Positions 54,011-64,000 of a stretch of 64,000 nucleotides of DNA are shown in pieces (positions within the stretch are counted from its first letter, which is position 1; each line of letters opens with the position of its first letter). The translations under genes were made by a program, and so were the position numbers. This stretch comes from Auanema rhodensis. Lineage: Eukaryota; Animalia; Nematoda. The notes under the pieces were generated by a model. The model ran no database searches. It worked only from the letters and a program-made list of their open reading frames with translations, and was not told the DNA's origin. The stretch spans positions 9,796,001-9,860,000 of the forward strand of contig OZ059895.1 of assembly GCA_964057225.1 (NCBI GenBank). The letters are read 5' to 3'.

Positions 54011-55479
54011 CTTAAATAGCTCAACCAAAGGAGAGCAAATTATCTTCAATCTTATTTCTATATTACAGTTATAAACCAGTAGTTGTTGAACCTTCATCTT
54101 AACTTTACTGTTTCTATCTATTTCTCATCAAAACAAACATTGTTTAAACACTATGCAACTATGAAACCTTTTTTAATTTATTGTATTTGGAGCTCATAAG
54201 AGTTGATATCATCGAGGGATCCAGATGGAAGGTGGAAAATTACATAACTAACATGAAATTGGAAAAAAAACTATAACGAGGATAAGTAGGTAAACCATTG
54301 AATATCAGATATTTTCGCTTACGACCATACCACGTTACAAGTACGCCATACAGCTGATTTTCAATTTTATCTCTTCCGTAACAAATGTTTTCAATTTTCA
54401 AGCACTTTTACTTAGATAGCTCAACCAAAGGAAAGCAAATTATCTTCAATTTTATTTCTATATTACAGTTATAAACCAGTAGATAATGAACCTTCATCTT
54501 GACTTTACTGTTTCTATCCATTTCCTATCGAAACAAACATTGTTTAAACACTATACAACTGTGAAACCTTTTTTAATTTATTGTTATTGGAGCTCATAAA
54601 ATTTGATATCATCGAGGGATCCAGATGGAAGGTGGAAAATTACATAACTAACATGAAATTGGAAAAATAACTATAACGGGGATAAGTATGTTAACGATTG
54701 AATATCAGATATTTTCGCTTACGACCATACCACGTTGAAATCACGCCATACAGCTGATTTTCAATTTTATCTCTTCCGTAACATATGTTTTCAATTTTCA
54801 AGCAGTTTTACTTAAATAGCTCAACCGAAGGAGAGCAAATTATCTTCAATCTCATTTCTATATTACAGTTATAAACCAGTAGTTGTTGAACCTTCATCTT
54901 AACTTTACTGTTTCTATCTATTTCCTATCGAAACAAACATTGTTTAAACACTATGCAACTATGAAACCTTTTTTAATTTATTGTATTTGGAGCTCATAAG
55001 AATTGATATCTTTGAGGGATCCAGATGAAACGTGGAAAGTTACATAACTAACATGAAATTGGAAAAAAAAACTATAACGGGGATAAGTATGTTAACGATT
55101 GAATATCAGATATTTTCGCTTACGACCATATCACGTTGAAAGTACGCCATACAGCTGATTTTCAATTTTATCTCTTCCGTAACATATGTTTTCAATTTTC
55201 AAGCAGTTTTACTTAAATAGCTCAACCAAAGGAGAGCAAATTATCTTCAATCTTATTTCTATATTACAGTTATAAACCAGTAGTTGTTGAACCTTCATCT
55301 TAACTTTACTGTTTCTATCTATTTCCTATCAAAACAAACATTGTTTAAACACTATGCAACTATGAAACCTTTTTTAATTTATTCTATTTGGAGCTCATAA
55401 AATTTGATATCATTGAGGGATCCAGATGAAACGTGGAAAATTACATAACTAACATGAAATTGGAAAAAAAAGTATAACG

Positions 55480-58093
55480 AGGATAAGTAGGTAAACCATT
55501 GAATATCAGATATTTTCGCTTACGACCATACCACGTTGAAAGTACGCCATGCAACTGATTTTCAATTTTATCTTTTCCGTAACAAATGTTTTCAATTTTC
55601 AAACAGTTTTACTTAGATAGCTCAACCGAGGGAAAGCAAATTATCTTCAATTTTATTTCTATATTACAGTTATAAACCAGTAGGTAATGAACCTTCATCT
55701 TGAATTTACTTATTCTATCCATTTCCTATCAAAACAAACATTGTTCAAACACTATGCAACTATGAAACCTTTTTTAATTTATTGTATTTGGAGCTCATAA
55801 GATTTGATATCATCGAGGGATCCAGATGGAAGGTGGAAAATTACATAACTAACATGAAATTGGAAAAAAAACCATAACGGGGATAAGTATGTTAACGATT
55901 GAATATCAGATATTTTCGCTTACGACCATACCACGTTAAAAGTACGCCATACAGCTGATTTTCAATTTTATCTCTTCCGTAACAAATCTTCTCAATTTTC
56001 AAGCAGTTCTACTTAGATAGCTCAACCAAAGGAGAGCAAATTATCTTCAATCTTATTTCCATATTACAGTTATAAACCAGTAGTTGTTGAACCTTCATCT
56101 TAACTTTACTGTTTCTATCTATTTCCTATCAAAACAAACATTGTTTAAACACTATGCAACTATGAAACCTTTTTTAATTTATTGTATTTGGAGCTCATAA
56201 GAATTGATATTCATTGAGGAATCCAGATGAAACGTGGAAAGTTACATAACTAACATGAAATTGGAAAAAAAACTATAACGGGGATAAGTATGTTAACGAT
56301 TGAATATCAGATATTTTCGCTTACGACCATACCACGTTGAAAGTACGCCATACAGCTGACTTTCAATTTTATCTCTTCCGTAACATATGTTTTCAATTTT
56401 CAAGCAGTTTTACTTAAATAGCTCAACCAAAGGAAAGCAAATTATCTTCAATCTCATTTCTATATTACAGTTATAAACCAGTAGTTGTTGAACCTTCATC
56501 TTAACTTTACTGTTTCTATCTATTTCCTATCGAAACAAACATTGTTCAAACACTATGCAACTATGAAAACTTTTTTAATTTATTGTATTTGGAGCTCATA
56601 AAATTTGATATCATTGAGGGATCCAGATGAAACGTGGAAAATTACATAACTAACATGAAATTGGAAAAAAAAGTATAACGAGGATAAGTAGGTAAACCAT
56701 TGAATATCAGATATTTTCGCTTACGACCATACCACGTTGAAAGTACGCCATACAGCTGATTTTCAATTTTATCTCTTCCGTAACATATGTTTTCAATTTT
56801 CAAGCAGTTTTACTTAAATAGTTCAACCAAAGGAGAGCAAATTATCTTCAATCTCATTTCTATATTACAGTTATAAACCAGTAGTTGTTGAACCTTCATC
56901 TTAACTTTACTGTTTCTATCTATTTCCTATCGAAACAAACATTGTTTAAACACTATGCAACTATGAAACCTTTTTTAATTTATTGTATTTGGAGCTCATA
57001 AGAATTGATATCATTGAGGGATCCAGATGAAACGTGGAAAGTTACATAACTAACATGAAATTGGAAAAAAAAACTATAACGGGGATAAGTATGTTAACGA
57101 TTGAATATCAGATATTTTCGCTTACGACCATATCACGTTGAAAATACGCCATACAGCTGATTTTCAATTTTATCTCTTCCGTAACATATGTTTTCAATTT
57201 TCAAGCAGTTTTACTTAAATAGCTCAACCAAAGGAGAGCAAATTATCTTCAATCTTATTTCTATATTACAGTTATAAACCAGTAGTTGTTGAACCTTCAT
57301 CTTAACTTTACTGTTTCTATCTATTTCCTATCAAAACAAACATTGTTTAAACACTATGCAACTATGAAACCTTTTTTAATTTATTCTATTTGGAGCTCAT
57401 AAAATTTGATATCATTGAGGGATCCAGATGAAACGTGGAAAATTACATAACTAACATGAAATTGGAAAAAAAAGTATAACGAGGATAAGTAGGTAAACCA
57501 TTGAATATCAGATATTTTCGCTTACGACCATACCACGTTGAAAGTACGCCATACAGCTGATTTTCAATTTTATCTCTTCCGTAACAAATGTTTTCAATTT
57601 TCAAGCACTTTTACTTAGATAGCTCCACCAAAGGAAAGCAAATTATCTTCAATTTTATTTCTATATTACAGTTATAAACCAGTAGATAATGAACCTTCAT
57701 CTTGAATTTACTTATTCTATCTATTTCCTATCGAAACAAACATTGTTTAAACACTATACAACTGTGAAACCTTTTTTAATTTATTGTATTTGGAGCTCAT
57801 AAAATTTGATATCATCGAGGGATCCAGATGGAACGTGGAAAATTACATAACTAACATGAAATTGGAGAAAAAAACTATAACGAGGATAAGTAGGTAAACC
57901 ATTGAATATCAGATATTTTCGCTTACGACCATACCACGTTGAAAGTACGCCATGCAACTGATTTTCAATTTTATCTTTTCCGTAACAAATGTTTTCAATT
58001 TTCAAACAGTTTTACTTAGATAGCTCAACCGAGGGAAAGCAAATTATCTTCAATTTTATTTCTATATTACAGTTATAAACCAGTAGGTAATGA
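55480..58093. repeat. Non-adjacent copy of block ~24630-27243 (offset 30,850 bp, 77 monomers)
   Basis: A rare 1-bp insertion with TCATTGAGGAATCC at 25361/56211, GCAACTG at 24701/55551 and ORFs at 26931/57781 all share the 30,850 offset. Confidence 0.85.
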
Positions 58094-61000
58094 ACCTTCA
58101 TCTTGAATTTACTTATTCTATCCATTTCCTATCAAAACAAACATTGTTCAAACACTATGCAACTATGAAACCTTTTTTAATTTATTGTATTTGGAGCTCA
58201 TAAGATTTGATATCATCGAGGGATCAAGATGGAAGGTGGAAAATTACATAACTAACATGAAATTGGAAAAAAAACCATAACGGGGATAAGTATGTTAACG
58301 ATTGAATATCAGATATTTTCGCTTACGACCATACCACGTTGAAAGTACGCCATACAGCTGATTTTCAATTTTATCTCTTCCGTAACAAATCTTCTCAATA
58401 TTCAAGCAGTTCTACTTAGATAGCTCAACCAAAGGAAAGCAAATTATCTTCAATTTTATTTCTATATTACAGTTATAAACCAGTAGGTAATGAAACCTTC
58501 ATCTTGAATTTACTGTTTCTATCTATTTCCTATCAAAACAAACATTGTTTAAACACTATGCAACTGTGAAACCTTTTTTAATTTATTGTATTTGGAGCTC
58601 ATAAAATTTGATATCATCGAGAGATCCAGATGGAACGTGGAAAATTACATAACTAACATGAAATTGGAAAAAAAAGTATAACAAGGATAAGTATGTTAAC
58701 GATTGAATATCAGATATTTTCGCTTACGACCATACCACGTTGAAAGTACGCCATACAGCTGATTTTCAATTTTATCTTTTCCGTAACAAATGTTTTCAAT
58801 TTTCAAGCACTTTTACTTAGATAGCTCAACCAAAGGAAAGCAAATTATCTTCAATTTTATTTCTATATTACAGTTATAAACCAGTAGGTAATGAAACCTT
58901 CATCTTGAATTTACTGTTTCTATCTATTTCCTATCGAAACAAACATTGTTCAAACACTATGCAACTATGAAACCTTTTTTAATTTATTGTATTTGGAGCT
59001 TATAGAATTTGATATCATCGAGGGATCCAGATGGAACGTGGAAAATTACATAACTAACATGAAATTGGAAAAAAAAGTATAACAAGGATAAGTATGTTAA
59101 CGATTGAATATCAGATATTTTCGCTTACGACCATACCACGTTGAAAGTACGCCATACAGCTGATTTTCAATTTTATCTTTTCCGTAACAAATGTTTTCAA
59201 TTTTCAAGCACTTTTACTTAGATAGCTCAACCAAAGGAAAGCAAATTATCTTCAATTTTATTTCTATATTACAGTTATAAACCAGTAGGTAATGAAACCT
59301 TCATCTTGAATTTACTGTTTCTATCTATTTCCTATCAAAACAAACATTGTTTAAACACTATGCAACTGTGAAACCTTTTTTAATTTATTGTATTTGGAGC
59401 TCATAAAATTTGATATCATTGAGGGATCCAGATGAAACGTGGAAAATAACATAACTAACATGAAATTGGAAAAAAAAGTATAACGAGGATAAGTAGGTAA
59501 ACCATTGAATATCAGATATTTTCGCTCACGACCATACCACGTTGAAAGTACGCCATACAGCTGATTTTCAATTTTATCTCTTCCGTAACATATGTTTTCA
59601 ATTTTCAAGCAGTTTTACTTAAATAGCTCAACCAAAGGAGAGCAAATTATCTTCAATCTTATTTCTATATTACAGTTATAAACCAGTAGTTGTTGAACCT
59701 TCATCTTAACTTTACTGTTTCTATCTATTTCTCATCAAAACAAACATTGTTTAAACACTATGCAACTATGAAACCTTTTTTAATTTATTGTATTTGGAGC
59801 TCATAAGAGTTGATATCATCGAGGGATCCAGATGGAAGGTGGAAAATTACATAACTAACATGAAATTGGAAAAAAAACTATAACGAGGATAAGTAGGTAA
59901 ACCATTGAATATCAGATATTTTCGCTTACGACCATACCACGTTGAAAGTACGCCATGCAACTGATTTTCAATTTTATCTTTTCCGTAACAAATGTTTTCA
60001 ATTTTCAAACAGTTTTACTTAGATAGCTCAACCGAGGGAAAGCAAATTATCTTCAATTTTATTTCTATATTACAGTTATAAACCAGTAGGTAATGAACCT
60101 TCATCTTGAATTTACTTATTCTATCCATTTCCTATCAAAACAAACATTGTTCAAACACTATGCAACTATGAAACCTTTTTTAATTTATTGTATTTGGAGC
60201 TCATAAGATTTGATATCATCGAGGGATCAAGATGGAAGGTGGAAAATTACATAACTAACATGAAATTGGAAAAAAAACCATAACGGGGATAAGTATGTTA
60301 ACAATTGAATATCAGATATTTTCGCTTACGACCATACCACGTTGAAAGTACGCCATACAGCTGATTTTCAATTTTATCTCTTCCGTAACAAATCTTCTCA
60401 ATTTTCAAGCAGTTCTACTTAGATAGCTCAACCAAAGGAAAGCAAATTATCTTCAATTTTATTTCTATATTACAGTTATAAACCAGTAGGTAATGAAACC
60501 TTCATCTTGAATTTACTGTTTCTATCTATTTCCTATCAAAACAAACATTGTTTAAACACTATGCAACTGTGAAACCTTTTTTAATTTATTGTATTTGGAG
60601 CTCATAAAATTTGATATCATCGAGGGATCCAGATGGAACGTGGAAAATTACATAACTAACATGAAATTGGAAAAAAAAGTATAACAAGGATAAGTATGTT
60701 AACGATTGAATATCAGATATTTTCGCTTACGACCATACCACGTTGAAAGTACGCCATACAGCTGATTTTCAATTTTATCTTTTCCGTAACAAATGTTTTC
60801 AATTTTCAAGCACTTTTACTTAGATAGCTCAACCAAAGGAAAGCAAATTATCTTCAATTTTATTTCTATATTACAGTTATAAACCAGTAGGTAATGAAAC
60901 CTTCATCTTGAATTTACTGTTTCTATCTATTTCCTATCGAAACAAACATTGTTCAAACACTATGCAACTATGAAACCTTTTTTAATTTATTGTATTTGGA

Positions 61001-64000
61001 GCTCATAAAATTTGATATCATCGAGGGATCCAGATGGAACGTGGAAAATTACATAACTAACATGAAATTGGAAAAAAAAGTATAACAAGGATAAGTATGT
61101 TAACGATTGAATATCAGATATTTTCGCTTACGACCATACCACGTTGAAAGTACGCCATACAGCTGATTTTCAATTTTATCTTTTCCGTAACAAATGTTTT
61201 CAATTTTCAAGCACTTTTACTTAGATAGCTCAACCAAAGGAAAGCAAATTATCTTCAATTTTATTTCTATATTACAGTTATAAACCAGTAGGTAATGAAA
61301 CCTTCATCTTGAATTTACTGTTTCTATCTATTTCCTATCAAAACAAACATTGTTCAAACACTATGCAACTATGAAACCTTTTTTAATTTATTGTATTTGG
61401 AGCTCATAAAATTTGATATCATCGAGGGATCCAGATGGAACGAGGAAAATTACATAACTGAAATGAAATTGGAAAAAAAAGTATAACAAGGATAAGTATG
61501 TTAACGATTAAATATCAGATATTTTCGTTTACGACCATACCACGTTGAAAGTACGCCATACAGCTGATTTTCAATTTTATCTTTTCCGTAACAAATGTTT
61601 TCAATTTTCAAGCACTTTTACTTAGATAGCTCAACCAAAGGAAAGCAAATTATCTTCAATTTTATTTCTATATTACAGTTATAAACCAGTAGATAATGAA
61701 CCTTCATCTTGACTTTACTGTTTCTATCTATTTCCTATCGAAACAAACATTGTTTAAACACTATACAACTGTGAAACCTTTTTTAATTTATTGTATTTGT
61801 AGCTCATAAAATTTGATATCATCGAGGGATCCAGATGGAAGGTGGAAAATTACATAACTAACATGAAATTGGAAAAATAACTATAACGGGGATAAGTATG
61901 TTAACGATTGAATATCAGATATTTTCGCTTACGACCATACCAAGTTGAAATTACGCCGTACAGCTGATTTTCAATTTTATCTCTTCCGTAACATATGTTT
62001 TCAATTTTTAAGCAGTTTTACTTAAATAGCTCAACCAAAGGAGAGCAAATTATCTTCAATCTTATTTCTATATTACAGTTATAAACCAGTAGTTGTTGAA
62101 CCTTCATCTTAACTTTACTGTTTCTATCTATTTCCTATCAAAACAAACATTGTTTAAACACTATACAACTGTGAAACCTTTTTTAATTTATTGTATTTGG
62201 AGCTCATAATATTTGATATCATCGAGGGATCCAGATGGAAGGTGGAAAATTACATAACTAACATGAAATTGGAAAAAAAAGTATAACAAGGAGAAGTATG
62301 TTAACGATTGAATATCAGATATTTTCGCTTACGACCATACCACGATGAAAGTACGCCATACAGCTGATTTTCAATTTTATCTCTTCCGTAACATATGTTT
62401 TCAATTTTCAAGCACTTTTACTCAGATAGCTCAACCAAAGGAAAGCAAATTATCTTCAATTTTATTTTTATATTACAGTTATAAACCAAAAGATAATGAA
62501 CCTTAATCTTGACTTTACTGTTTCTATCCATTTCCTATCGAAACAAACATTGTTTAAACACTATGCAATTATGAAACCTTTTTTAATTTATTGTATTTGG
62601 AGCTCATAAGAATTGATATCATTGAGGGATCCAGATGAAACGTGGAAAATTACATAACTAACATGAAATTGGAAAAAAAAACTATAACGGGGATAAGTAT
62701 GTTAACGATTGAATATCAGATATTTTCGCTTATCGCTATATCACGTTGAAAGTATGCCATACAGCTGATTTTTAATTTTATCTCTTCCGTAACATATGTT
62801 TTCAATTTTCAAGCAGTTTCACTTAAATAGCTCAACCAAAGGAGAGCAAATTATCTTCAATCTTATTTCTATATTACAGTTATAAACCAGTAGTTGTTGA
62901 ACCTTCATCTTAACTTTACTGTTTCTATCTATTTCCTATCGAAACAAACATTATTCAAACACTATGCAACTATGAAACCTTTTTTAATTTATTGTATTTG
63001 GAGCTCATAAAATTTGATATCATTGAGGGATCCAGATGAAACGTGGAAAATAACATAACTAACATGAAATTGGAAAAAAAACTATAACGAGGATAAGTAG
63101 GTAAACCATTGAATATCAGATATTTTCGCTTACGACCATACCACGTTACAAGTACGCCATACAGCTGATTTTCAATTTTATCTCTTCCGTAACAAATGTT
63201 TTCAATTTTCAAGCACTTTTACTTAGATAGCTCAACCAAAGGAGAGCAAATTATCTTCAATCTTATTTCTATATTACAGTTATAAACCAGTAGTTGTTGA
63301 ACCTTCATCTTAACTTTACTGTTTCTATCTATTTCCTATCGAAACAAACATTATTCAAACACTATGCAACTATGAAACCTTTTTTAATTTATTGTATTTG
63401 GAGCTCATAAAATTTGATATCATTGAGGGATCCAGATGAAACGTGGAAAATAACATAACTAACATGAAATTGGAAAAAAAAGTATAACGAGGATAAGTAG
63501 GTAAACCATTGAATATCAGATATTTTCGCTCACGACCATACCACGTTGAAAGTACGCCATACAGCTGATTTTCAATTTTATCTCTTCCGTAACATATGTT
63601 TTCAATTTTCAAGCAGTTTTACTTAAATAGCTCAACCAAAGGAGAGCAAATTATCTTCAATCTTATTTCTATATTACAGTTATAAACCAGTAGTTGTTGA
63701 ACCTTCATCTTAACTTTACTGTTTCTATCTATTTCTCATCAAAACAAACATTGTTTAAACACTATGCAACTATGAAACCTTTTTTAATTTATTGTATTTG
63801 GAGCTCATAAGAGTTGATATCATCGAGGGATCCAGATGGAAGGTGGAAAATTACATAACTAACATGAAATTGGAAAAAAAACTATAACGAGGATAAGTAG
63901 GTAAACCATTGAATATCAGATATTTTCGCTTACGACCATACCACGTTACAAGTACGCCATACAGCTGATTTTCAATTTTATCTCTTCCGTAACAAATGTT

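Larger units (their letters stand above)
1..64000. repeat. Tandem satellite DNA array, ~400-bp monomer, ~160 copies, all in the same orientation, running off both window ends
   Basis: ATAAACCAGTAG recurs at 1, 401, 801, 1201, 1602 ... 63682 (mean period ~400.5 bp). Copies differ only by scattered substitutions and 1-bp indels. Most monomers carry SacI (GAGCTC), EcoRV (GATATC), BamHI (GGATCC) and PvuII (CAGCTG) sites. Confidence 0.99.

Noticed and set aside
10517-63612. 22 minus-strand ORFs of 60-85 aa (MKIENICYG...)
   Set aside because: They begin at TTG, lie wholly within the satellite monomer and appear only where a 1-bp indel or point change removes a stop. The C-termini switch frame between copies and no domain is recognisable. 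They are chance ORFs, useful only as variant markers.
1-64000. Functional 5S rDNA array
   Set aside because: Only ~33 of ~119 nt match. There is no intact box A/box C and no 3' strand to pair with the 5' end (helix I), so no complete 5S rRNA can be made.
1-64000. CRISPR array or other repeat-spacer locus
   Set aside because: There are no unique spacers. The entire 400-bp unit, including the insert, is repeated, and no cas or other genes are present.
1-64000. Telomeric repeats, autonomous transposons or tRNA genes
   Set aside because: I saw no TTAGGC/TTAGGG tracts, transposase/RT coding capacity, interrupting insertions or tRNA A/B-box cloverleaf.

Overview
The whole 64-kb window is one uninterrupted head-to-tail satellite array: about 160 copies (159 full plus a partial last copy) of an AT-rich ~400-bp monomer (399-402 bp; monomer 1 hand-counted at ~30% GC). 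I see no unique sequence, credible protein-coding gene, transposon insertion or CRISPR array, and the listed ORFs are chance read-throughs of the repeat. The notable structure is inside the monomer. Each copy carries a 33-nt, ~48% GC segment (GCTTACGACCATACCACGTTGAAAGTACGCCAT, 247-279 in copy 1) that matches the first 33 nt of eukaryotic 5S rRNA, most like the nematode type, starting exactly at +1. The rest of the 5S gene is absent or unrecognisable. The fragment sits in the loop of an inverted repeat (12-bp core ATTGAATATCAG...CTGAT(A/T)TTCAAT, with imperfect arms out to ~183-330) and is followed by T-runs. Diagnostic variants also show nested higher-order repeats with 5-, 6-, 7/8-, 10- and 31-monomer periods, a block copied 30,850 bp away, and recombinant monomers. 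The source is probably a eukaryote, plausibly a nematode, which is an inference from remembered 5S sequences.
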